DNA from: Octopus sinensis
Lineage: Eukaryota
Assembly (NCBI RefSeq): GCF_006345805.1
Contig: NC_043011.1
Location: 58,478,464 to 58,542,463 of the forward strand
Direction: 5' to 3'
DNA length: 64,000 nucleotides
This document shows positions 28,686-42,290 of this stretch, in pieces. Under the pieces are notes generated by a model. It searched no databases and was not told the origin of the DNA. It worked only from the letters and a program-made list of their open reading frames with translations. The translations under genes were made by a program, and so were the position numbers. How positions within the stretch are numbered: the stretch's first letter is position 1; each line of letters starts with the position of its first letter.

Positions 28686-29344
28686 CGTTGATTGATATAT
28701 ACAAGCCTGCAGTGAAGGCCTACGAAAAATCTAGTTCAATAAAACTGACTTAAATATAGATCTACAAACGTGACTATGTTTATTGTATAAACATTTGAGA
28801 GGGGTATCTAGTCAGGAATAATAACAGCAATGCTAAGTGGGAGAGGGGTCGTCAATACCATCAATCCCAGGATTTACTTCATAGTCTATTCTATCGATGC
28901 CTGAAGAAAAAAGTGGAGCTGAAAGAAATTTGATGTTAGAATCTAAGAAGCCAGAAAGCATTTCACAATTCCACCAGCAGGAGGTGTTCGTTTCCTGAAA
29001 GAAAATAATCGATATGATATGTAGTAAACATTATGTGTTTCAGTATCAGGCGGTACAGTGTGTCGTTTTTTACTTATACAGCATTAATGAGTTGCTGTTT
29101 TGTACGCTAGTATCTATTATTTTTCATGAATCGGCTGTATGTTATAGCAGTATCTGGCTGTGTTATTTTTATTGGGAGGATTTTGTGCAGAACTTGTTTA
29201 ATGTAGAATATGTACTGTGTCAGTTATCCTACTGAATTGAACGTCTTGTGTAGTGTAACATACTTTTAGTACGATGTATATCTATTTTTGGACACATACC
29301 CGTAGTTGCAGGTACACACACACACACATATATATATAGTTAAA

Positions 29345-29510
29345 TATCGAGTAATCGAACGGTGAAAGTAACGATAACAGAACAACAAGAGGACGTACAC
29401 ACGGAATGAATTAGTTTTACGCTTGGTAAGAAGAGAGGGCTTATTGATCTTCGTCAGAAGGGAAAACGGCGAAGTCCAGAGGAGGAAAAATATCACTGAC
29501 GGCACGTGTG
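29345..29510 (-). mobile_element. PLE-terminal-like repeat related to family H2, hammerhead 3' half deleted
   Basis: Minus strand CCCTT-CTGACGA-AGA (core at 29451-29457) followed by AAGCGTAAAACTAATTC, similar to H2 GAGCGTTATACTAATAC; no GAAAC half. Confidence 0.5.
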
Positions 29511-30997
29511 GATGAGATTCTGTAGAGATGTTAGCTGTGAATGACCCTTAACAGCTTATTGCCCAACAATCTACTATCTGGGACATTATTTACTTTACAT
29601 TGGAATCAAAGCCTGTGTCAAGCGATGACTTCAACAAAGCACCTCACCATTTTTCGTCAGGAAAACCACTAGCTTCTGCCACATATTGAAAGCGGGGCAC
29701 GGATTCAAACCCAACTACAAAATGCTAACTAGGTTTAATATTCAAATTGATTGCTTCATTTACAATTTTACTCTTTGCAGTAATAAAATTTAACAAATTA
29801 TGCTTAAATAGGAAACGATTGCACAGGTCTCATGTTGTTCATCTTGTTGCTGTTCTCCTACAAATCGCCTGGGAATGCTTACAGATGAGATTACAATTCT
29901 ATTATATTGCAATAGCAAACATCACTGAAAAGATCTTTTCTATTCAAACTCTGCATGATGCAATTGAATAACAATTCAATTACGTTAAAATCCAATGGAA
30001 ATCCTTCCTTTTCTAATAATATATGCTTTTTCATATATTATGTAATCTGTCGGAACCTTAGCTCTCTCTCAATATATATATATGTTTGCTTTCGATTACG
30101 CTTCATTTAAATATTACTATTTGTAGAAATACAAAATATATAAATATTTATCAACATATTTCGTATTATTATAAATGTTAATTAACAATGTCATCGTGTT
30201 TTGTTTAAAATCATATCATTAATGTAAACTGCTGAAAGTCTTCATGACATTTTTCTACGTTTAAAAGGATGTAAAGTATTGTCATTCTGTTTAGTGTTCT
30301 TCTTCTTTTTCTACCATTTCCATTAAAGCAGATAATTGGAATTTGTTGAACTCCATGTTAGTAATGATATTTCAGAAATTTGTGAAAAGGTAATATTTTT
30401 TCTTATTATTTAATCATTACTAAATTGCATTGTATAAAGTAATATTTACAACATTACAATTCAAGAGAATCAGAGCGCACGCACAAACACATATACCGCC
30501 ACATATGCACACACCCACACGCACACACGCACACACACCAATACACCCACACACACACTACGCTATAATTAGACTTATGCATAAACATATACAAAGGGAC
30601 AATATATATGCAATTTACATGTTTAATCATTTGAGAAATATATAATTTTCAAACATATACGTCTATGGACGCAGGCATGTGTGAATAAGGGAGTTCGATT
30701 CACAGTCAATTTGCTTAACTTTTAATAGTATGGCATGACACTGTTTACCATAGCCTTCGGGTCATGAGTTATTTGGGAAAATAATTAAATGAAACGAAAG
30801 TATAATATATCTATCTATCTACCTATCAACAATCCCACACACACTCACAAACATGATTGTTTATTCCGAATTTCCTTCGAAGCTACGTAATCTGGAGATA
30901 ACTTGAGCCTCGCGAGGATTAGGTGTCTTCCAAATCCGAAGCCTTGTCCTGTCAATCAGTTATTAAGATGGCAACTGAAAATACCTAGTTTATATTG

Positions 30998-31033
<36 letters not shown>

Positions 31034-31177
31034 GGTGAATGAATTATTCTAGTATGGATAATTCGGTTAATCGATACCTGGGTAGCGCAAATTCACGTCA
31101 GAAAACATGGTTTAAGCAACATGCCAAGGGCAAAACCCCGTGTTCCTGTGTGGAAATTTGTGTGTTTTTTTATATGA

Positions 31178-31334
31178 ATAAATGAAAAGAATGGAGTCGA
31201 ACGAAGATTTTCACAAAATTCCTTTACTTTCGACACATGTTTCGAAGACTGCATATTAAGAATATGCAGTCTTCGAAACATGTGTCGAAAGTAAAGGAAT
31301 TTTGTTAAAATCTTCGTTCGACTCCATTCTTTTC

Positions 31335-31340
<6 letters not shown>
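31178..31340. repeat. Near-perfect palindrome, 80-bp arms, 3-nt loop, one mismatch
   Basis: Arms 31178-31257 and 31261-31340; loop AAG. Confidence 0.95.
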
Positions 31341-31377
<37 letters not shown>

Positions 31378-31832
31378 TTGTTCCGCCATCAATTCAAATT
31401 TACAAATAAACATTATTTATCCTGCATAATATTCGAACATAGAACTTGTATATAATGCAATAATGCACAGATAAGCAGAATATATATAAATATTTTAAAG
31501 AGTATATATTTTGATACATATATTTACAGAATGTGATTGATTTAAAGAAGTTATCAGTATTTACAATGGATGTAATGAGTTCTCACAGCACTCAGCCATG
31601 TTGTCCCAGTTCAGAAATTTCATATTCTTCTTCTGTTCACTTATATATCACGAGATGATTGCATATATTTAAGAAAAATTTAATATTACAAAGTACAAGG
31701 GACATTCTACTCGTATAGTTGAAATATAATATTTATTTATCCATAGCTGATACGGATTTAACTGATATATGTATATTAGTGTCTGTACATATGACATTAA
31801 TACATATTCTCTCACCACATATATAAATCAGA

Positions 31833-31875
<43 letters not shown>

Positions 31876-32798
31876 GTATCTCATATATAAATTAGACTTA
31901 TTTTATTCATATATATTCTTTCCGGAGAATCTGCTTATTATTCGCGAACATAATCACATAGCATATCGGATCATAGAGAAAAGTGCTACCGTACTCGATT
32001 AAGCTTTGGCACGTAATTGTAGAATAAAACTTAATAAAATTACGGTACTTTGTGATAGTACAAATTGCGATAGCAGAACCAATAACATCAATATGAGTGA
32101 GGCAGAAAGTGCAGAAACATGCAATAGACAATATTAAACATTTATTGTTCGAAACAAGCAAGCCTAATTCCATACAGTCGGAAACTACATTAAAAATAAA
32201 ACTGCGTGTTACTTCTATATCAAAAGGCAATTTGAAGTGACATCTAAATATATTAAATTACTAATGTCGTATAGCAGGCAATTTCTACACCAATGATACA
32301 TATTAGTTATTAGAAATGCAGTCCGTATATATGGTATTATTATTCTTGGTGAATTATAAAGTAATAATGACAAAAGAAAGCATCGCTTATACATTGAATC
32401 GAAATTGAATTAGATTTGCAACCTGAGCTCCATGAGTAAGTTCATAACGTTACACAATGTACTATTTTAGCTTAGCAAAAGTATTCTACTCTACAAATGT
32501 TTACAATTAATTATTTGAATGGAAATTCTGTGAATGTACATAAGTTTGTTTAATTATTCATAAATGATTTATTGCTGAATATCATTTCAAATTGAATTTA
32601 CAAATATTTAATAACTACTAAAATCTCTATCTCTTGGTTCTATAGCAAACAGCGGTATAATTGAACTGGGCGAATGACGTAGCTTCCATGCCGACTCTTT
32701 ATTCGTTTTGTCTAAAATTAGATTGTATGAATGTGAGTGAATATGTATGTACATATGAGGTATGTATATGTGTGTGCATGTGTGTGAATATATATATA

Positions 32799-32837
<39 letters not shown>

Positions 32838-32875
32838 TTATATATATATATATGTGAGTGTCTGTTTATATATAT

Positions 32876-33365
32876 GTGGTTAGGGCAGCAGATTCGCGGT
32901 CGTAGGATCGCGGTTTCGATTCCCAGACCGGACATTGTGTGTGCTTATTGAGCGAAAACACCTAAAGCTTCACGAGGATCCGGCAGGGGATGGTGGCGCG
33001 AACCCTGTTAAACTCTTTCACCACGATTTTCTCTCACTCTTTCTTCCTGTTTCTGTTGTTCCTAGTATTTCTAAGGGCCAGCCTTGTCACACTCTGTGCC
33101 ACGCTGAATCTCCCAGAGAAGTACGATAAGGGTACACGTGTCTGTGGAGTGTTCAGCCATTTGCACGTTAATAAATGAGCTGCGATATAACTGGTGCCAA
33201 GCAGTATCGGCCATTGTCTTTCCCTTGGATAACATCGGTGGCGTGGAGAGGGGAGGCTGGTATGCATGGACGACTGCTGGTCTTCCATACACAACCTTGC
33301 CCAGACTTGTGTTTCGGAGGGTAACATTCTAGGTGCAATCCCATGGTCATTCATGACCGAAGGGT
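32876..33365 (+). mobile_element. SINE family B, 5'-clipped, continuing into an alternative 3' module (tail B3)
   Basis: Matches 10842-11209 up to TTGCACGTTAAT (33172), then an unrelated module ...AACCTTGCCCAGACTTG...GCAATCCCATGGTCATTCATGACCGAAGG. Confidence 0.75.
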
Positions 33366-33588
33366 GTCACATCATTATATACATATATATATATATTATA
33401 TATATATATATATATGTACATCCACTCTGTCTGTGAGTGCCTAAATTCAGGTCACTGGTAAATAATTGTAGAAAATAGAAAATATAAATGTCCAAACATA
33501 CCCGTTCTTGTTCACTCCAATTCACACATACACACACGGTGTGTGTATATGCATATATATATATATAATATATATATATATATAATAT

Positions 33589-33622
<34 letters not shown>

Positions 33623-33731
33623 CATGAAAGAGAGAGATACATACATATATACACATATTTATATATAGACATATGCATCGTTATCTGTCTATCCATGTGC
33701 TTATATATATATATTGGAATATATATATTCC

Positions 33732-33793
33732 GATTGGAACACACTTTTACATGTTATATTTCCTCACTATATATACATACATATATGACAAAC

Positions 33794-33857
<64 letters not shown>

Positions 33858-33918
33858 GTTTATCATATATGTATCTATATAATGAGGAAAAAATAACATG
33901 TAAAAGTGTGTTCTAATC
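33732..33918. repeat. Imperfect palindrome centred on a (TA)n array
   Basis: GAACACACTTTTACATGTTA...AAACTACATG-(TA)n-CATGTAGTTT...TAACATGTAAAAGTGTGTTC. Confidence 0.9.
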
Positions 33919-34621
33919 CGTTATTTATTTACATCAGGCGCATTAACAGCATTGGCTGGCACAGCTATGAGCGTTAACACTTGTTTATTTTCGACTAATT
34001 TCCTGGACCTGTTTCCAAACCGACTCTAGTGAGGTAATGAATTGGACAGAAATGCGCTTTGCGTTTCTTGCCCTGATGCGTGCTTATTGCTTATATCGCA
34101 TAAACCTATATAATTATACATTTTCATCTTCCAAGCAACAACCGTAGATTTTTTATGCTTTCTGGTAACGTTCTACAAATATCTAGGTCTTCAAACCCTG
34201 AGTCGTTAGTAGTGAGCGTTTACTGAGGATAAAGAGGCCAGAACCTTTTCTATTATTGATAAAGAGAAGCGCTTATTCACAGTTATTACTTACAGTGCAC
34301 CACAAGAGCCAGGGACCCACGTAGAAAATATCAAAACTTAAAAAACTAAATATATGCGTGTGTGTGTGTATCTATGTGTGTCTGCCTCTGTGTGTGTGTG
34401 TGTGTGTATGTGTGTGTGTATGAATATGTATCGACATTTTAATTTCTGCCACAAATGCATGTTTTTATGAAGTGTAGGAAAAGACCGCTACGAAGTGCAG
34501 GAAGAGGCTGCTATTCGGCTTAGAAATAACTTCAGGAACTCATTCCGTGTTTCAACATAAGCAGCAAACACACACGGCTCATACGCACGCATACACATAC
34601 TCACACACACACACACGCACA

Positions 34622-34653
<32 letters not shown>

Positions 34654-34666
34654 TTATATATGTGGT

Positions 34667-34825
34667 TGGAGTGGTTGGCGTTAGGAAGGGCATCCAGCTG
34701 TAGAAACACTGCCAGATCAGACTGGAGCCTGGTGCAGCCCCTGGCTTCCCAGACCCCCGGTCGAACCGTCCAACCCATGCTAGCGCGGAAAACGGACGTT
34801 AAATGATGATGATGATGATGATGAT
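34667..34825 (+). mobile_element. SINE/LINE-type 3' tail fragment ending in (GAT)n
   Basis: GGCGTTAGGAAGGGCATCCAGCTGTAGAAAC...CCAACCCATGCTAGCGCGGAAAACGGACGTTAAA(TGA)n; retroposon 3'-end architecture. Confidence 0.65.
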
Positions 34826-34844
34826 ATATATATATATATATTAT

Positions 34845-34884
<40 letters not shown>

Positions 34885-35391
34885 AGCGAGACATTAGTAT
34901 GTCTTTTCGAAGACAAAAGCCTTACTACACCCTACTTCACCTTTCCCGATACTTTCTAAAAGTACATTCATATCTTTAATTAAATATATGTCATTTATTG
35001 ATGATGAACAACGAATATTCTCTATAAAAGTACATTGTTTCGCATATTTTTTTTGTTTTGCTTTTGTCATGTATATTCTCGTTGCCAAATCTGATATTGT
35101 ATATCAATTATCTGAAAAGTGAATACTAGAATAGTTCAATTAACTGATGAATGACATGGTCAGCAGAAACAAAGCCACTTCGTGAATCTCTTAAAACTTG
35201 AAATGTGTGTTTGTGTGTGTTTGTGTGAGCGTGCGTGCACGCTTGTGAGTGTGCGTGCGTGCGTGTATGTCTGTGTGTGCGTTTGTGTCTGTGTGTATCT
35301 TTGTATATTTGTTACCACGTAACTAGTAGTTCAGCTAGAGTTTTGTATAGAATAAGTTCTGCGTTCGACTGGTTCAACGAAAGTTAATTCC

Positions 35392-36715
35392 AAGCCAGTG
35401 CTGTAGCATGTCAAAAGCTATATAAATGATGACCTGGATATGCTCAATCACCTTCCTAAGACAATAAACAAAAACACTCTACTAGTATCCTTCGATGTAG
35501 GCAACCTCCATTCCAATATCCCCCACAACCTAGGAATAGAGGCAATTCGATTCTGGATAAAGAATTGCGGCATCGCATCAAAAAATAATTCGGGATAGAA
35601 GGGCAAAAATTCACCTTGGAGAATAACTACTTCGTCTTCAAAGACAACTTCTGTCTTCAAAAATCGGGGACTACGATGGGTACGAGAATGACCCCCTCCT
35701 TTGCTAACCTAGTCATGGGATATCTAGAAATTGGTCTTTGTCGTAAGGTTCTATAAAAATACGGCAGCCCAATCTCCGTCTACATAGAAAATACCTGGAT
35801 GACTGTTTCCTTCTTTGGCATGAAAATATAGAGAAACTTAAAGAATTCCAAGCCCTTTTCAAAGGACTTGACGTAAACATTCAATTCACGATGGAATGTA
35901 GCCAGCAACAACTCCCCTTCCTCGACATCGTCATTAAGAAATCTAACAACGTAATAGAAACAGATATATACTATAAGCCTACGGATTCCAAGCCATATCT
36001 ACCGTTCAACTCATGCCACCCCAGACACACCAGAATGAATATCCCCTTCAGCCTAGCAGAAAGCATATGTACTATAGTTTCTAATGCAAACACCAGAGAC
36101 ACACGACTACATGAACTAAAGGATACACTCATCATCAGGAACTACCCACCTTCACTTATTGACATATGCTTTCAACGTGCCCTTCAACTCAACATCCAGG
36201 AGCTCTGACATCCTAAATTAAAGAAAGATTTACAACCAAAAGCCCTACCATACATCTCCACATAGAACACTCTCAACAATGAAGCCTTCGACATCATCCT
36301 CCAAAACATACCCCTGTTAAAAAAGGACCACAGAATGAACTTAATCCTCCAAACACACACCGTAATAAAAAGCAAGAGACAGCCCAAATCTATGAAAAGT
36401 CTCCTAACACAAGCCCGAATACGCTCAGCAACACATAAACCGTCATTAAAAAAATGCTGAAGGCCCACTTGTGGGATATGCGTCATTTTAATTGAGGGAT
36501 CAGAGTTCTCCTTCAAACAGGAACAACTTTTCCAGTGAAAAGCAACGTCACATGTGCTTCGGAGAACCCGATATACGCACTAACCTTTTCTGGGTGTCAA
36601 GAGCAACACATAGGCCAAACAAATGATGGCTCTTCGTAAAAGGATAGTCCAGCACAGATCCTAGATCAAAATTCCCCAAAACAGAAAAATAGCATTCAGC
36701 CAACACATAGGCATT
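35392..36715 (+). pseudogene. Penelope-like element RT + GIY-YIG fossil (Neptune-like)
   Basis: VSFDVGNLHSNIPHNLGIEAI (RT motif A), GTTMGTRMTPSFANLVMGYLE, YLDDCF, LPFLD..YYKPTD..PYL.FNSCHP, Cys-rich linker KC*RPTCGIC, TCASENPIYALTFSGCQEQHIGQT; several stops and frameshifts. Confidence 0.9.
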
Positions 36716-37086
36716 TTAACACAAATATAATTTTAACAAATACACGCGCAAATATTAAAAATGATACATTCAAGAGATTCCGAAGAATTCATTACAAAAA
36801 CAGTCCCAATCACTGCTATAATCCATAACGAGTTACTTTTAGGTTACTTGAACGTTTAACACCTTACTACTTTCATACTACATATATTCCTTCTTATTCT
36901 CCCTCCTCTTTCTTCCTCCTCCTTCCCAACTTTACCACTATTGCTGTTTAGAATAATACCTACTCAAATTTTATAAACAAAACATTCAAAAGCGATGTTC
37001 AGGAATTTAATCACTACTACCATCCACAACGGTCCATTTTCGGAGCAGCTGACCATTCAACATACTGCTGTCATGACACTCTCACA

Positions 37087-37255
37087 TTCTTCTTCTTCTC
37101 CTTCTCCTTCTTCTTCTTCTTTTTCTTCTTCTTCTTCTTCTTCTTCTTCTTCTTCTTCCACTTTTTCTTCTTCTCCTTCTTCTTCTTATTCTTCTTCTTC
37201 TTTTTTCTTTTTCTTCTTCTTCTTCTTCCACTTTTTCTTCTTCTTCTTCTTCTTC
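37087..37255. repeat. (CTT)n polypyrimidine trinucleotide array
   Basis: Read directly. Confidence 0.95.
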
Positions 37256-37538
37256 CCAAAACTTCATAACGACCTCGAACCCACAAGAGTAAATAAGAGA
37301 GACAGAGAAGGGAGAAACAAGGACAATTCCACGTGTATTTGAACACTATGCAAATATCCTTTTAGACAAAACTGTTCTTTTAATGTTTCCAAAATTTAAT
37401 TATCTCCCATACTTACAGTTGAAAAATGCTCAATGACTGAAACCGGTACTGAAATGTCTTTTATAAAATTATGTTAGCATTTTCGTTCCTGACTTTTTTC
37501 CATATATATCAATTCGTGTATTCCTTTTCAAACTTCTA

Positions 37539-37619
<81 letters not shown>

Positions 37620-37764
37620 GGAGACAGGGAAGGAGACTGAAAGAGAGTGAGAGATAAAAGACAGAGAGAGGGCCAGAGAAAGAAGTGCTTATTTTTATAT
37701 TTCAATACGTATATATACATATGCATATGCAGTTATATGCATAGTTATAATTACACTTATAATG

Positions 37765-37795
<31 letters not shown>

Positions 37796-38411
37796 GGGGG
37801 GGGTATGGATGCATACATGTAGAGACATATTAAGACATTTTATACGTGAACTAGTAAAGAATTAAACGAAAGTTTTCTTAACTTTTCACGTGACGTAAAA
37901 CAAGCCTTGTGATTGGTTTTGAATTTTAAATATTAATTAAGGGAAATGTAGACCGAATGGATAGTTTTCAAATGAAAATATTCCATACTTGTCTACCAGA
38001 GATAATTAATAATATTTAGAGAAGGTTATTTTCCCTGTCTTAACCTGGTGTCATGTAATTACCATACTAAAAACGATTTTTCATCTTTTTCAGAATTAAT
38101 GCGTAAATAATGTTGTTCTTAATAGAAGCTTTGGATAATGAATTGCTATATTTTAATTAGCGTCATTCCAACTTTTATTGTTGCCCCATTTCCTTCAAAA
38201 CTTTTCGACAAAAATTCAATTCATGTCTATAATTTAAATGTAAGACATAATCGTTCTGCAAACTGTGTTAATTGAATATAATTTCTGTTTCTCTGTCTGT
38301 CCGACGCTCTCTCCCTCTGACTTCCTCTCTCACACATACAACGTCTGCTTCTCTGTATCTTTCTTTTATACACATATAGGCATATGTGCGTATACATGCT
38401 TACATTCACCA

Positions 38412-38456
<45 letters not shown>

Positions 38457-39567
38457 TATATATGTGAGTGTGCATGTGTAGATATGTATTTGCAATCGGT
38501 AATGACGTGGCCAACTTCTCTTTACTTCTCTTTACTCATAAAAACTACTGAACTCCTAACGAACGGTAGAAAGAAACTCGATAAAAGTTATATATCTCCA
38601 AATAACGCCAGTGTTTATCTATTTCAAAATATATTACCTATGGATATTCTTGAATTTTTTTTTATGTTAAAGACGACTGTCTGTCCTTTACTAATTTAAT
38701 TTGATTTGATAATATATATCTTGTTGAGTTGGAGCAAAAATATTTGTGTGTGTGTGTGCGTGTGTTTGTTACTTAATCTATCTAAATTTTATGTCTTCTT
38801 GAACAGCTCTACCATAAAAGAACCTAAATCTTATCTTCCTGGCATCTTGCGTCTTACTCTCAGATTATCACACATAATCTGTTTCAGTTAAAAAGCAGTT
38901 TATTATAATTGGTTTAAAGAGTGTCTTTTTTTACAAAATTATAGGCAAGCAATAGAAAACGGAAAATATCCCATGAAACTTTTTTTATTACAGGTTGAAA
39001 ATTACATATCTATAGGGCCTGCTGTAGAAGGTGTTTGTGCTGCAACATATAGCACGAATTGCACCTCAACACATAACAGAAACTCTTGCAATCTTCATTA
39101 ATATACAAGGTTTAAAAAAAATCTAATAGAGTTTTTGGGACGTTTTTAGTGAACAGCCTAAAATTTGAATGGCGGCGAAATTTCACCCATTAACTAGCTT
39201 TGCTGCATAGGCTCCATTAGTGTTTGTCAGGGATATTACTAATTTCCTCTTGTCTCTTTGTTTATAATTACACAACCCCATTGACTCTATATTTTGCATA
39301 TAATTCCTTAAATAAATCTTGTACTTTAAAACACTCACGCAATCTTGAGATATTTACCTAAATGGTGCTAACGTTTCTGTATTTCATATTAACAGGTCGC
39401 TTTCCTATTATTGGTTACTTATGTTCCAACTTCTGTTTAGACAAAACACCCTCACGGTTTTTAACGGGTATTTTAGATTTTGAGCTTTTGTTTCACGGCA
39501 TTAGCCTGTAACAGACAGACATGTTTTGAGGCATTAGGCCAACTACAACCAAATTAAATTTCCACTA

Positions 39568-39775
39568 CATGGGCGAGCTGAACAGTTCCTGGCTTCCCGT
39601 AAAATTGGCAGGAGGATCAGTTATGATATCATTCAACATATACTCCTCTCATATTCGCAGTTCTTACAACATTCCTTCAGTTTTTCTAAGGCCTGCAAAA
39701 GAATTCCGAAGTTTTCGTCTCCAGCGAGGCTTTTCGCGATGCCCTTAAAGCTAGGAATGTTTCAGCAATCCCTCG
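39568..39775 (-). mobile_element. Internally deleted mariner (MITE, ~208 bp)
   Basis: TA|CATGGGCGAGCTGAACAG ... TTTCAGCAATCCCTCG|TA degenerate TIRs; retains transposase C-terminal remnant (LEKLKECCKNC). Confidence 0.65.
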
Positions 39776-40667
39776 TAATTACCATTGTTTCCCATTTTCT
39801 GAAAGTTGATCCCAAAATTCTTTTATTACTATCAATAGTTAATTTGTTCATTATTTATTCGACTCAGGTACAAGTTTAATATCATTTTTTTGTATTGCAA
39901 ATAAGTAGATTTTCATTTTGCTAAACTGAATTTCATACAATGGTTGATAGTTCCACATAATTGAAGTTATATGATAAATCTAACACTAAACTCCGAGGTA
40001 AATGCAGATTCAGTGCTAAAAATGTTACCCTACTTGGAAGAAAATTCTGATGTGTCAGACAGGCTCTTTCATTGCATGAAATTCAGTCCACTGTTCGAAT
40101 ATACTGTGAGTTGAGTTTGGTTCTATAAAACTCAAACTTCAACATCTTAACATGAATCAACGGACAACGAAATGTTTTCTATGTATTCTAACTACATTAC
40201 GGCTCAAAACAGTCTGTTAGTCGCATTCATGTATTATGGACGTAAAAATGAATATAGACTGAATTCCTAATTCTCTCTAATAACCGTTGTAGATTTCTGC
40301 AGGTAACGTGCTCGAAGTAAATACCATGTTAGAATAAGTTTTAAAAATGCAAATTGAAAAAAAGACAAATGAATGTTCCTAATGGCTTCGACAACCGATG
40401 CAGTCATTTGATGCGAGCGTAACTCTGTTTTGAAGACATTTTGAAATCAATTATTAAACAATTATATAGTTTATCCATATAACATCATCTGTTGTATCGC
40501 CTCTACAGCTACTCGCTCACTGACTTAGAAGTGAACTGACATATTTGAACAGGTAATCCTAAATACACAAGGAACGAAACGATAGATCTAGCGGCACAGT
40601 TGCAACACATTTGTGAAATTTCGCCGCCATTCAAAGGTTCGGATTTGACAATGCTGTTTAAAACTTC

Positions 40668-41039
40668 GTGGCACTCTGTCAGCTACCACGACGAGGGTTC
40701 CAGTTGATCCGACCAATGGAACAGCCTGCTCGTTAAATTAACGTGTGAGTGGCTGAGCACTCCACTGACACGTACACCCTTAACATAGTTCTTGGGGAGA
40801 TTCAACGTGACACAGTGTGTGAAAAGGCTGACCCTTTGAAATACAGGTACAACAGAAACAGGAAGAAAGTGTGAGAGAATGCTGTAGTGAAAGAGTTCGC
40901 CACTATCCTCTGTCGGAGACTCTTGGAGCTTTAGGTGTTTTCGTTCGATAAGCAATCACAACGCCCGGTCTGGGAATCAAACCCGCGATCCCGCTACCGC
41001 GATTGCACTGCCCTAACCACTGGGCCATTGTGCCTCCAC
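40668..41039 (-). mobile_element. SINE family B (tail B1), full length
   Basis: GTGGAGGCACAATGGCCCAGTGGTTAGGG head, GGGTTTGATTCC B-box, same tail as 10842-11209. Confidence 0.88.
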
Positions 41040-41193
41040 TTGTTTAAAACTTACACAAGCATTGAAGTAATTAACATAGGTGAGCTTTTTGAGGCTGATA
41101 CCTTGTGGTATTAGAATAATGATCCCTTTGAAATTCCGCTTACAAAGCCATATTTTACCTACATTGATAATGCTGTATGGACTTTAACACAAG

Positions 41194-41405
41194 TTTCTAA
41201 TTTCAGCAGAGGACATGCAAGTTTTGGGGGGAGGGGGGAGTCGATTACATCGATACCTGTGGTTTGGCTGGTATATATTTTATCGGCTCCGAAAGGACTA
41301 AATGCGAAGTCGACCTCTTCTCAATTTGAACTCAGAACGCAATGACGGACGAAAGCTGCTAAGCATTTTGTCTGGCATGCAAAAGATTCTGCCATCTCGT
41401 CGCCT
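41194..41405 (-). mobile_element. SINE family A with alternative tail A2
   Basis: Family A head and core, followed on the minus strand by CTCCCCCCTCCCCCCAAAAC instead of the A1 tail. Confidence 0.75.
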
Positions 41406-41759
41406 TCAGTGGACGGTAATACTGGAACAAGTCTTTCAAGATCATATCATTGTAAATCCTTTGGTCGCACTTGATGTAATTGGAATGTATGACATAAAGG
41501 TTTACACATTTCCCCAAGAGAATTCATGTGATTTGAAAACTTGTGTGAGAAGATATCATTAGGGTATAAATGGGATACGATTAAAAACTATGAAAACCTT
41601 ATACACGATAACCTGGATATCAATCATTCTATACTTCAGTATCTCTCTTAAATGCATACTTCAAACCGTAAACGTCTTGAAGAGGCTGTTTTTGGAATCC
41701 ATCTACCCGAGCATATATGACACTCCCGATCTATGGTAGTTGACCTTATTCCATCTCTA

Positions 41760-42290
41760 ATTTACAAACGCTATCTTTCTATGCAATGTACTGCACGTAT
41801 CACAATACCAGCCAACACAATCGCTACCACAAGTGTTGTAGGGCAGCGCGGATGTGACTAGGGATGTCCTACACCAAACGCTTTGGCTCCATAATATAAT
41901 TTGCCGCCTGTTCTCTATGCCAGAAGTAAAATGCGAGAGTACTGTGATAGATGTATTCCAGTAGAGATGCTTAAGAAGGATAATGAGAATGTACTGGTAA
42001 AACCAGATTACCAGAGAGGACATTATAAAGAGAACCGAAACAAGATTCCTCAGCGAAATCATTCACAGACCATGGATTAATGCTAGCAGGTCACATAATC
42101 TGGCTACCAAAATAACGCTGATCTTAAACAGCTTTCAAATGGATACCACCTAAAGGGGAAAGAGAGAAGAAATCCGGAAAAAGTTACATGGCACAGAACA
42201 TTTATAACGAATATGACAGAGGCCAATATCACACGATCGGATGCAGAGAAAACTGTTGCCAAAAGATACCAGTGGAGTTAAGTTGCGCTG
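41760..42290 (+). pseudogene. Old RTE-clade LINE 3' fossil
   Basis: Frameshifted FQ*RCLRRIMRMYW, IIKRTETRFLSEII, LAGHII, KWIPPKG, PEKVTWHRTF...AEKTVAKRYQW. Confidence 0.75.

Noticed and set aside
37880-37925. E-box/CRE plus CCAAT motif cluster (and CCAAT plus GCGCATGCG near 57325-57365)
   Set aside because: Isolated short motifs with no gene, CpG-rich region or transcript evidence.
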